A model generated the notes under the pieces. The model saw only the letters and a program-made list of their open reading frames with translations. It was not told where the DNA came from and did no database searches. A DNA stretch of 64,000 bases from Eubacteriales bacterium. GTDB lineage: Bacteria; Bacillota; Clostridia; Oscillospirales; CAG-272. Below, piece by piece: positions 56,299-64,000 of the stretch; the stretch's first letter is position 1; every line of letters begins with the position of its first letter. The position numbers and the translations under genes are program-made. The stretch lies in contig JAZQLY010000002.1 in assembly GCA_045543015.1 (NCBI GenBank), positions 17,382 through 81,381 on the forward strand, given 5' to 3'.

Positions 56299-58083
56299 AT
56301 GAATTTTGAACAGTACAAGCGCAAGGTCTACGGCTGCTTTGTGGGAAAATGCGTGGGTGGCACGCTTGGTATGAAATATGAGGGCTCTTTGGAATACAAG
56401 GAGGTCACGTATTACGATCCGGTTCCCGACAAAATGCTGCCGAATGACGATCTTGACCTACAGGTGGTCAATCTTGAAACGATTTTGAGAACGGGACTGC
56501 CGATCTGCCGCTATCAGCTTGGCGCGACCTGGCGATATCACATCGCGGATCACGCGCCGGACGAATACGCCGTGGCAGTCAGCAATCATGCATTGCTGCT
56601 GAACGCACCGCTCAGCGGCATGTACAGAAATAAGTTTTACGCGGGTATGGGCGGTGCTATTCGCAGTGAGCTGTGGGCTTGTCTTGCCCCGGCAAACCCG
56701 CGTCTTGCCGCTATGCTCGCGCGCGAGGATGCTTGCACGGACCATTGCTCAGACGGTGTATATGCCGAAATGTTCTTAGCGGCGGTAGAAAGCGCTGCTT
56801 TTACGCAATCCGACCTCATTCAACTGATCCATACCGGTATGCAATATATTCCAAACGGCCACAAGCTGAAAAACGCCTTTCTCGACGTGATTGCCTGGTG
56901 GCAAGAGGAAGGCGACGTTCTTCGCGTCCGAGAACGGATCCTGAAAAAATATTACGCAGACAACTGGACGGACGTTACGATCAATCTTTCCTTCATCATT
57001 CTGTCCTTGCTTTGCTGCGACGGCAGCTTCGACAAAGCCATCTGCACGGCAACAAGCCTTGCCTACGATGCCGACTGCACGGCGGCCACGGTGGGCTCGA
57101 TCTTTGGCATTATCGCCCCCGACGGCATTGATCAGAAGTGGACGGCCCCCATCGGTGACAGGCTTGTTTTATCCTCAACGATCGTCAACATGCATGAGCC
57201 GGATACGATCGATGCGTTTTGCAACAGGATCATTTCGGTGGCGGAGCAGGTGCAAGCGTACTACGCAACCAATACCGCTCTGGAGTTCCCGGCCGATTGG
57301 GAGAGGGCAAAGATCGCACCGGCCTGGACAAGCAGCTACAGCCTGCTTTATGATTGGGCAGACGGCAGCAAGGAATCTCTCCTTTGCGTACGCCCCGTCA
57401 GCCTCACCCTGCATTATCCGGACACCGTGGCTATGATTCCCGGCGAAGAAAACCGATACACGTTGACGATCGCCAATACGACAAAAGAAAGACTATGCGG
57501 CAGCATAACCCTTTCTATGCCGGAGGGATTTGATATTCGTTGCCGGGAAACAGACTACAGCCTCGCTCCCGGCGCATGTGCAAGCATTCCCTTTTTGGTA
57601 ACGGCCGACAAGCACAAGCGCAGAACGCCGCTCAACCTGCTGACTGTCTCTCTGTCTGTCAACGGCATGACGTTTGACGTACAGGCAGGGTTGCCCATAT
57701 CTTGCCCCTGGACGGTAGAAGATCTCAAAACCGGCACAACCGCTGTTTTTGAGGCGCCGAGCATTTATTTTGATATTCCGGCAGGCAGCTATCGCTACAA
57801 GGCGACGTTCAAATCCCCCTCCGACAAGGAGGTGCGCATATGCGCCGGTGGCAGACGCGCATTCACACTCTATCTCAACGGCAAGGAAGTGTGCAAGCGC
57901 ACCGGCAAGTATTACGTCCCTGCCTTCCACCGGGATCCGGACTGGTTTAAGACGTCCGTTCAGACGGACGAAAACACCGTTGAGGTCGTATTTGAAAACG
58001 GAGACGAGGGAGAGTTCTTCTTCGGCTTTGCAACCACGTTTGGCTGCGCGACCTGGATCGACACCATGGAATGGTACCTTTAA
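56299..58083 (+). CDS. ADP-ribosylglycohydrolase-family protein with about 260-aa C-terminal extension
   Basis: N-terminal GCFVGKCVGGTLG..NDDLDLQ and DADCTAATVGSIFG match the ARH fold. AAGGAGG SD. Confidence 0.75.
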   Translation: MNFEQYKRKVYGCFVGKCVGGTLGMKYEGSLEYKEVTYYDPVPDKMLPNDDLDLQVVNLETILRTGLPICRYQLGATWRYHIADHAPDEYAVAVSNHALLLNAPLSGMYRNKFYAGMGGAIRSELWACLAPANPRLAAMLAREDACTDHCSDGVYAEMFLAAVESAAFTQSDLIQLIHTGMQYIPNGHKLKNAFLDVIAWWQEEGDVLRVRERILKKYYADNWTDVTINLSFIILSLLCCDGSFDKAICTATSLAYDADCTAATVGSIFGIIAPDGIDQKWTAPIGDRLVLSSTIVNMHEPDTIDAFCNRIISVAEQVQAYYATNTALEFPADWERAKIAPAWTSSYSLLYDWADGSKESLLCVRPVSLTLHYPDTVAMIPGEENRYTLTIANTTKERLCGSITLSMPEGFDIRCRETDYSLAPGACASIPFLVTADKHKRRTPLNLLTVSLSVNGMTFDVQAGLPISCPWTVEDLKTGTTAVFEAPSIYFDIPAGSYRYKATFKSPSDKEVRICAGGRRAFTLYLNGKEVCKRTGKYYVPAFHRDPDWFKTSVQTDENTVEVVFENGDEGEFFFGFATTFGCATWIDTMEWYL

Positions 58084-58090
58084 AATGATA

Positions 58091-58126
58091 CAGCAACGCT
58101 CCCCCGTTATACGAGGGAGCGTTGCT
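58091..58126. terminator. Hairpin between convergent genes
   Basis: 12-bp stem AGCAACGCTCCC/GGGAGCGTTGCT. Confidence 0.7.
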
Positions 58127-58140
58127 ATCTATACAGAATA

Positions 58141-58857
58141 TCAAATGACAAATCCACCACTCACGCCAAGCACCTGGCCGGTAATGAAGGAAGCGCCCTC
58201 ACCCGCCAAAAACAGCGCAGCCTCTGCCACGTCAGCAGGGGTACCCAATCGCATCATCGGTGTTTCTTCTATCAACGCGCGGCGGTCCTCCTCCAGCAGG
58301 GCGGCGTTCATCTCCGTATCGATCACGCCGGGCGCTATGCAGTTGACCCGAATGCCAGAGGGCCCCAGCTCCTTGGCAAGCGCCTTGGTAAGACCGATCA
58401 GCCCGGCCTTGGCAGCAGAATAATGCACCTCGCACGAGGCACCAACCTGCCCCCACATTGACGATATATTGAGGATCACGCCGCTTTTCCTGGTGATCAT
58501 TTCAGGCAGAACGGCACGGCAGCAATAAAATGCCCCGCTTAGATTTACCGAAATAAAGCGATCCCATTCTTCGTCCGTTATGTCTGTAAACAGGCGAAAG
58601 CCAGCAATGGCGGCATTGTTGATCAGCACGTCAATATGCCCCAGCTGTTCATTTGCCTCCCGCATGGCGCGGCGAACGTCATCAGGCGAAGAAACATCTG
58701 CACAGATGGGAAAGGCGCCCGTTTCACGCGCGACGGCAGCCGCCGCCTCATGCGCTTGCTGGTACAAAAAGGCGGCTTGATAACCGTTTCGGCAAAAATG
58801 GCGAACCAGCTCTGCCCCGATCCCGCGTGAGCCACCGGTAATTAAGACGGTTTTCAT
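58141..58857 (-). CDS. SDR-family oxidoreductase (FabG-like)
   Basis: TGGSRGIG cofactor motif and YSAAK catalytic motif. Confidence 0.9.
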   Translation of the reverse strand: MKTVLITGGSRGIGAELVRHFCRNGYQAAFLYQQAHEAAAAVARETGAFPICADVSSPDDVRRAMREANEQLGHIDVLINNAAIAGFRLFTDITDEEWDRFISVNLSGAFYCCRAVLPEMITRKSGVILNISSMWGQVGASCEVHYSAAKAGLIGLTKALAKELGPSGIRVNCIAPGVIDTEMNAALLEEDRRALIEETPMMRLGTPADVAEAALFLAGEGASFITGQVLGVSGGFVI

Positions 58858-58980
58858 AGCATCCTCCTCTGCTTTTTCTCAAAATATTATAACAAATTAT
58901 TCGGTTTTTGTCAACATTAGTCTTCTCAAATCCCGTGGTATATGCTATAATATCCCAAAAAGAACCTTTGAGGTGTTGAC

Positions 58981-59631
58981 ATGATCGTTATGGTAGACAA
59001 CGAGCCGGGCGCGGTCTTAGAGACGCGCATGCAATTTTATACCATGGGCATTCATACCGCCGTCATTCCTACAACACAGCTTGCAGAGATCGACCACTAC
59101 CCGACGCAGACGGTATTGATCGCACGGCCGGAATGCATAGAAGATCTTGAGGCGGTCTGTCGCACCATTCGTACATACGGAAAGCCGCTTGCCCTCCTGT
59201 ATCGACCGCCACACGGAAATTTTTATGCCTACAAGCAGCTGTGTGACGAGGTGTTTGAGGATGACGTGACGACCGCCCGGTTCGTAGAGACGATGTTTGC
59301 CATTTATGAAGAACGATTTATCCGCTCTGCCTTTGAACGGCAATTTGCCGATCTTCGCATCAACGTGCGGCAGCACTGCCTGTACATACGCGGCGAGGCT
59401 TTCCCCGCCACGCACGAGCAATGGATGCTGGCGCGTTATCTTTTGCTGCGCGCCCCTCTCCCTGTACCGGCCGAGGAGCTGCGGCAAACCTGCTTCCGCC
59501 CGGAGCGGCTGCCGTCAGTAAAGAACGTCAGCACGCAGATCTGTCGCATGAACAAGCTGATCCAAAAGGGATTTGGGCGGCCTTTATTCTTCTACCAACG
59601 CAAAACGGGATATTTTATCAGCCAGATCTGA
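58981..59631 (+). CDS. OmpR/PhoB-type winged-helix regulator with degenerate (pseudo-)receiver domain
   Basis: The C-terminus (LYIRGEAFPATHEQWMLARYLL..VSTQICRMNKLI..TGYFISQ) fits Trans_reg_C. The N-terminus looks receiver-like but lacks the acidic residues. Confidence 0.65.
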   Translation: MIVMVDNEPGAVLETRMQFYTMGIHTAVIPTTQLAEIDHYPTQTVLIARPECIEDLEAVCRTIRTYGKPLALLYRPPHGNFYAYKQLCDEVFEDDVTTARFVETMFAIYEERFIRSAFERQFADLRINVRQHCLYIRGEAFPATHEQWMLARYLLLRAPLPVPAEELRQTCFRPERLPSVKNVSTQICRMNKLIQKGFGRPLFFYQRKTGYFISQI

Positions 59632-59653
59632 TATTTTTTCAAAAATACAAGCC

Positions 59654-59697
59654 ATATCCGCATATCATGTATTACGCATGTATGCGGATATTTTTTA
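59654..59697 (+). terminator. Strong hairpin plus T-run immediately upstream of the sigK SD
   Basis: 11-bp stem ATATCCGCATA/TATGCGGATAT, inner CATG/CATG pairs, then T5. Confidence 0.7.
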
Positions 59698-59714
59698 TAA
59701 AGGAGAGCCATTCT

Positions 59715-60437
59715 ATGTTTGAGCATTTTTCTACCATCGCCATGAATTTTTTGTGCCTCTTGCTTGGCATAGGCAGCAACCAGAATTTCCCGCCGCCTTT
59801 GCCTGCCGCAGAAGAACGCGCCCTTTTTGAGAAGATGAAGCAAGGAGACAAGGGCGCAAGAACAAAGCTGATCGAGCACAATCTGCGCCTTGTGGCGCAC
59901 ATCGTCAGAAAATATTACACCTCCTACCGTTCGCCGGACGATCTGATCTCGATCGGCAGCCTGGGGCTGATCAAGGCGATCGATTCGTTTAAAAGTGAGA
60001 ACGGCGCCCGCTTTGCTACCTATGCGGCAAAATGCATCCAAAACGAGATCCTGATGTTCTTCCGTTCACAGAAAAAGCTGGCATGCGAGGTATCGATCAA
60101 CGAAACGATCGACATTGATCGTGATGGAAACCCGTTGACGTATATTGATATTATTAGCTGCGAGGACACGATCGCCGACGATCTGGACATCAAGCTACAC
60201 ACGCAATACGCCTTTCGCCTGATCAAGGACACGCTGAATGCGCGGGAGCAGCAGATCCTTATTTTGCGCTACGGGCTGACCGGCAAGCCGCCAAAGGCGC
60301 AGCGCGAGGTTGCCAAGCTGCTTGGCATATCCCGCTCTTACGTCAGCCGTATTGAAAAAAAGGCCTTAACAAAGCTGAAGGAAAATTTTGAAGCAAGAAA
60401 TTTTTACCCGGAGGGTTATCAAAAAGGCGAGGTATAA
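59715..60437 (+). CDS. sigK: Pro-sigma-K (late mother-cell sporulation sigma factor), uninterrupted
   Basis: Pro-sequence followed by NFPPPLPAAEE, then IEHNLRLVAHIVRKY and ISRSYVSRIEKKAL, aligning with B. subtilis SigK. SigE cannot be fully excluded by eye. Confidence 0.85.
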   Translation: MFEHFSTIAMNFLCLLLGIGSNQNFPPPLPAAEERALFEKMKQGDKGARTKLIEHNLRLVAHIVRKYYTSYRSPDDLISIGSLGLIKAIDSFKSENGARFATYAAKCIQNEILMFFRSQKKLACEVSINETIDIDRDGNPLTYIDIISCEDTIADDLDIKLHTQYAFRLIKDTLNAREQQILILRYGLTGKPPKAQREVAKLLGISRSYVSRIEKKALTKLKENFEARNFYPEGYQKGEV

Positions 60438-60507
60438 TCTTCCGCATGCGAGCCATACTATGATACGAGCGGAGACGATCCGTTTAGAAAAGAAAGAGGT
60501 ACCCAAC

Positions 60508-60723
60508 ATGATTATCGACAAGATCGCCCTTGCGCTGGCCATTATTGGCGCATTAAACTGGGGCAGCATCGGATTGTTTTCTTTCGATGTGGTCGCATGG
60601 ATCTGCGGTGGTGCTGCCAGCATCGCTGCCAGAATCATCTATACACTGGTTGCCCTGGCGGGCGTCTGGTGCATTTCTCTTTTGTTCCGGCCGGAGGAAG
60701 ATACGGTTGTAGCCGAGCACTAA
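60508..60723 (+). CDS. DUF378-family small membrane protein
   Basis: IGALNWG motif, two TM helices, 71 aa. Confidence 0.8.
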   Translation: MIIDKIALALAIIGALNWGSIGLFSFDVVAWICGGAASIAARIIYTLVALAGVWCISLLFRPEEDTVVAEH

Positions 60724-60737
60724 AGCCGCCGCACAAG

Positions 60738-60778
60738 GAGCAAAAGCCCCGTGATCTTGTATCGCGGGGCTTTTGCTC
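60738..60778 (+). terminator. Intrinsic terminator after the DUF378 gene
   Basis: 14-bp stem GAGCAAAAGCCCCG/CGGGGCTTTTGCTC. Confidence 0.8.
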
Positions 60779-60807
60779 TTGACAAGCGCGCCGGCATGTG
60801 ATATAAT
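60779..60807 (+). promoter_or_regulatory. Consensus SigA promoter of queT
   Basis: TTGACA (60779-84), 17-nt spacer, TG-a-TATAAT (60802-07). Confidence 0.8.
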
Positions 60808-60826
60808 ATCCATCGGCTTTACGCCC

Positions 60827-60869
60827 GGTGAGTTCGAGACCTTCCTCACCTAAAACAAAACTAAAGGAG
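60827..60869 (+). promoter_or_regulatory. preQ1-I riboswitch (translational, SD-sequestering)
   Basis: P1 is GGTGAG..CTCACC. The A-rich tail TAAAACAAAACTAAAGGAG has an AAGG that can pair with CCTT in the loop. It sits directly upstream of queT, the classic preQ1-regulated gene. Confidence 0.8.
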
Positions 60870-60879
60870 ACAAAAGAAA

Positions 60880-61383
60880 ATGTATCGCAAACACCTACGC
60901 AACCTGACTGTTGCTGCCATGGTGGCAGCCCTGTACGTTCTTTTTACATGGCTTTCATCCGTCCTCGGGCTATCCTCGCAGCCCATTCAGCTTCGATTTT
61001 CAGAGGCGCTCTGTATTTTACCGCATTTTACCCCGGCAGCAATTCCCGGCCTGTTTATCGGCTGCCTGCTTGCCAATCTGCTGACCAATGCCATGATCTG
61101 GGATATCGTCTTTGGTAGCCTGGCAACGCTGATCGGCGCGCTCGGCACCTACGCGTTACGCCGCCACAAGTGGCTTTCGCCACTGCCGCCGATCGTGGCA
61201 AATGCGATCATCATTCCCTTGGTGATCGCTTACAGCACACTGGCGCCGGAGGCGATCACGCTGCCGCTGCTGCTTGGCTACGCGGCTACCGTCGGCATTG
61301 GCGAGATCCTTTCCTGCGGGGTGTTGGGACTTTTGCTGTTAGGCACCCTGGAGAAATACAAAAATCAGTTATTTCATCTATAA
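60880..61383 (+). CDS. queT: Queuosine-precursor transporter QueT (ECF S-component)
   Basis: 167-aa protein with several TM segments, with a QueT-like pattern (RFSEAL..LP) and the riboswitch context. Confidence 0.85.
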   Translation: MYRKHLRNLTVAAMVAALYVLFTWLSSVLGLSSQPIQLRFSEALCILPHFTPAAIPGLFIGCLLANLLTNAMIWDIVFGSLATLIGALGTYALRRHKWLSPLPPIVANAIIIPLVIAYSTLAPEAITLPLLLGYAATVGIGEILSCGVLGLLLLGTLEKYKNQLFHL

Positions 61384-61386
61384 CAC

Positions 61387-61418
61387 AAGCAGAGATCGCT
61401 GTAAAGCGATCTCTGCTT
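61387..61418. terminator. Bidirectional terminator
   Basis: 14-bp stem AAGCAGAGATCGCT/AGCGATCTCTGCTT with loop GTAA. Confidence 0.85.
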
Positions 61419-61434
61419 TGCTTTATGTTCCGTT

Positions 61435-62301
61435 TTATCGCATATACTGGGCGCGGCGATAGCTGTTTGGCGAGCAGCTTTTGAAGCGGCGAAACATACG
61501 ATTGAAGTACGAGACGCTGGAAAAACCAACCTCCATAGAGATATCCAAAATGGGGCGATTGGTACGCGTGAGCAGTTTTTCGGCATTGTAGATACGCACA
61601 AAATTCAAATATTCTACCGGCGTGCTGCCAGTAGCCACCTTGAACTGGCGGCAAAAATACCCCTCACTCAGCCCGCACAGCTCGCTGAGAGTCGAAAGCG
61701 TCACGTCCTCAGCGTAATGATCATCCATATACACCAGGGCCGGCATCACCTTATCCATCGCGCTGTTATGAAAGCGCAGCCCTACGTCGCAAAGCAGCTC
61801 CCGGCGATACAAAAAGCCAAGGACGAGATGGATGCACCCCTGCAAATATTTTTCGTATGCCGGGCTCTTCTCCTGATATTCCGTGCGGATCTGTATCAAG
61901 TAGCGGAGCAGCTCATCCTCTCCATCCTTTTTGCGAAAAATGCGAATAGGGTTCTCTCCCGCGCCGCCCACAAAGCGTGCAAGGTGACGCAGGGTGCGAT
62001 TGCTCAGCTGCTCGTCCTGGAAGGACTCTGGCCGAAACTGCAGCAAGACTGACGAGATATTTGGCGGCAGATCCTCCGTTCGATGTGGAACGCGGGTATT
62101 GATAAAAGCAACGTCACCACGCTGCAGCAGATATTCTCTGTCATCCACCCATACGCGCTTCTCCCCCTCCAGCATGGCAAGCAGCTCGATCTCGTCATGA
62201 TAGTGTAAGGGACAATCGATCGGGCACTCAAACGATGCGGAGCCACAGCCGATATGCACCGGCAGCGTAGAGAGAGAGGATTTTACAAGCTCATTTTTCA
62301 T
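61435..62301 (-). CDS. AraC-family transcriptional regulator (cupin plus HTH)
   Basis: HYHDEIELL cupin and C-terminal AraC HTH (ISMEVGFSSVSYFNRMFRR). ATG at 62301 has an AGAGG SD; upstream in-frame ATGs are possible. Confidence 0.85.
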   Translation of the reverse strand: MKNELVKSSLSTLPVHIGCGSASFECPIDCPLHYHDEIELLAMLEGEKRVWVDDREYLLQRGDVAFINTRVPHRTEDLPPNISSVLLQFRPESFQDEQLSNRTLRHLARFVGGAGENPIRIFRKKDGEDELLRYLIQIRTEYQEKSPAYEKYLQGCIHLVLGFLYRRELLCDVGLRFHNSAMDKVMPALVYMDDHYAEDVTLSTLSELCGLSEGYFCRQFKVATGSTPVEYLNFVRIYNAEKLLTRTNRPILDISMEVGFSSVSYFNRMFRRFKSCSPNSYRRAQYMR

Positions 62302-62478
62302 ACAAACCTCTATTTTATCAAGCATGCACAGATTTGCTCCCCACGAAAACGACAAATGTCAAAATTGTACAACTTTTTTTCAAAATTGGGGTTGCATTTT
62401 CTAAAAGAAATCTTTATAATGATTATAGCATGCCAAGCTTCAAAAATCAACCAAAATTTATTTTAGGAGGAAGTTATC

Positions 62479-63651
62479 ATGGCAGACAAGAGAGATGCGG
62501 GCCTGGACGCGTTCAAAACCAACCAGGAAGTAAAAGAGATCGACACCAAGCGCATTTTGCGCGTTGGTATCATCGGTACCGGCTGGATCGCCGGTGCACA
62601 TATGTCGCAGTATGTAAAGATGCCTGATGTCAAAATCGTTGCAGCTGCTGACCTGGTTCCCGGCAAGGCGGAAGAGTTTATGAAGAAGTGGGGCATTGAG
62701 GATTGCAACTTCTACCCCTCTCACAAGGAAATGCTGGACAACGAAGAGCTTGACGCAGTCAGCGTTTGTACCTACAACTGCACGCACGCAGAGTGTACCA
62801 TTTACGCGCTGGAAAAGGGCGTAAACGTTCTTCTTGAAAAGCCGATGTGCGTTACCACTGAGGAAGCTGTTGAGATCTGCCGTGCCGAAAAGAAGAGCGG
62901 CAAGATCCTTTCTATCGGCTTCCAGCCCCGTTGCGACGAGAACATGAAGATGGTGAAGAAGATCGTTCAGTCCGGCGAGCTTGGTCAGATCTACTACATC
63001 CAGACCGGCGGCGGTAGAAGAAAGGGCATCCCTACCCCGTTCGGCACCACCTTTATTGAAGAAAACACTGCCGGCATCGGCGCTTTGGGCGATATCGGCT
63101 GCTACTCGCTTGACATGGTTCTGAATGCCATCGGTTATCCGAAGCCCTTGACCGTTACCGGCTACAAGTCTGCCTTCTTTGGCAAGGATCCGAACTACTT
63201 TACCGCACAGGGCAAGCCTGCTGAATATGCTGACCTGTTCGGCGTAGACGATTTCGGCGCCGGCTTTATCCGTCTGGAGGGTGGCATCATCCTCGACTTC
63301 CGTATTGCTTGGGCAATGCACCTGGACACCCCCGGTGATACCATTATCATGGGCACCAAGGGCTCTCTCCGCATTCCGTCTACCGACTGCTGGAACGGCA
63401 GCATCGGCGGCCCGCTGAAGGTCTACCACGAGGTAGCCGGCTCTTCCGTATGCACCGAGATCCCGATGTTCGCAAGCGACAACGACAAGAACTTCTACAA
63501 CAAGCTGCGCGGCTTCCTGGATGCCATCAAGGAGGGCGGCGTAGCACCCGTTCCTGCCCGTGAGATCCTGTACAACCAGGCAATCATCGACGGTATCGTT
63601 CAGTCCAGCAAGCTGGGCCGCGAGATCGAGATCAACATTCCCGAAATTTGA
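62479..63651 (+). CDS. Gfo/Idh/MocA-family oxidoreductase
   Basis: N-terminal Rossmann VGIIGTGWIAGAH and EKP motif. AGGAGGA SD. Confidence 0.9.
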   Translation: MADKRDAGLDAFKTNQEVKEIDTKRILRVGIIGTGWIAGAHMSQYVKMPDVKIVAAADLVPGKAEEFMKKWGIEDCNFYPSHKEMLDNEELDAVSVCTYNCTHAECTIYALEKGVNVLLEKPMCVTTEEAVEICRAEKKSGKILSIGFQPRCDENMKMVKKIVQSGELGQIYYIQTGGGRRKGIPTPFGTTFIEENTAGIGALGDIGCYSLDMVLNAIGYPKPLTVTGYKSAFFGKDPNYFTAQGKPAEYADLFGVDDFGAGFIRLEGGIILDFRIAWAMHLDTPGDTIIMGTKGSLRIPSTDCWNGSIGGPLKVYHEVAGSSVCTEIPMFASDNDKNFYNKLRGFLDAIKEGGVAPVPAREILYNQAIIDGIVQSSKLGREIEINIPEI

Positions 63652-63662
63652 GGTAACGCTAC

Positions 63663-64000
63663 ATGAAGAAGTTCAAGGTCGGCCTGCAGCTTTATAGCGT
63701 CCGTGACCAGATGGAAAAGGACATGGAGGGCACGCTGAAGGCCGTTAAGGAAATGGGCTACGATTACGTAGAATTTGCAGGCTACTTCGGCAAGAGCGCA
63801 GAGGAGATCCGCGCGCTGCTTGACAAGTATTCCCTTACCTGCATTTCCGTGCACCAGGGGCTTGATTTTTATGAAGAGGGCGGCCAGAGCGCTGTCGAGT
63901 ATATCAAGACGCTGGGCGCCAAGTATTCCGCCATCCCGTGGTATCAGGCAGAAAAGCTGGCCGGCTCGCCCGAATGGAAGGAGACCAAGGCACTCTTCAA
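63663..64000 (+). CDS. Sugar phosphate isomerase/epimerase (xylose isomerase-like TIM barrel), 3' end outside window
   Basis: Not in the ORF track because it has no stop. ATG at 63663 follows GAGGTA. MKKFKVGLQLYSVRD..GYDYVEFAG is typical of the family. Confidence 0.75.
   Translation, partial: MKKFKVGLQLYSVRDQMEKDMEGTLKAVKEMGYDYVEFAGYFGKSAEEIRALLDKYSLTCISVHQGLDFYEEGGQSAVEYIKTLGAKYSAIPWYQAEKLAGSPEWKETKALF

Noticed and set aside
59421-59714. 98-codon upstream extension of sigK in the ORF track
   Set aside because: It overlaps the upstream regulator gene and crosses a strong terminator. The ATG at 59715 has an AAAGGAGAG SD and gives a normal pro-SigK N-terminus.
59715-60437. Possible skin-like intervening element in sigK
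   Set aside because: The ORF is continuous from the pro-sequence to region 4.2 (241 codons), so it is not interrupted.

Overview
Dense 64-kb chromosomal segment, probably from an endospore-forming Clostridia-class Firmicute. This is inferred from an intact spo0A, spoIIID and pro-sigK, Gram-positive SD sequences and TTGACA-17-TATAAT promoters; coding regions are moderately GC-rich. I support about 52 protein genes. Housekeeping genes: ackA, coaE, prfA, tsaC, a ParC-like topoisomerase, GTP-PEPCK, topB, rlmI and dnaX-ybaB-recR. Other loci: a six-gene glycogen operon (glgB-C-D-A-P plus a GH13 enzyme), a CUT1 sugar ABC importer, an FtsX-type ABC exporter, SPFH/NfeD, FadD plus ACP, mgtE, queT, and two AraC-linked sugar loci. 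RNA genes and elements: 3 tRNAs (Ser-GGA, His-GTG, Arg-TCT), a long Bacillus-type SRP RNA upstream of dnaX, a preQ1-I riboswitch before queT, a structured mgtE leader, and many hairpin terminators. I see no transposase, integrase, CRISPR array, recognisable defence genes or rRNA, so this is mostly core chromosome. The most unusual element is a 0.85-kb AT-rich island with no ORF of 60 aa or more (17177-18063), next to spoIIID. It carries a decayed XRE-regulator fragment and an orphan near-consensus promoter. That promoter reads into a roughly 260-nt structured unit: a 15-bp perfect palindrome, an SD plus a Tyr-rich 20-28 codon ORF, and two hairpins ending in a T-rich tail, with no downstream same-strand gene. 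Other points worth checking: an AT-rich surface lipoprotein built from His/Cys3 40-aa modules plus BspA-type LRRs; a Spo0A with a non-canonical acidic pocket and no spoIVB neighbour; a pseudo-receiver OmpR-type regulator abutting sigK; an E2/CAT-fold protein with Glu where the catalytic His is expected; and a repeated TGTGAAAA motif around the PEPCK promoter. All protein calls rest on motif recognition by eye from the translations. No database search was run.
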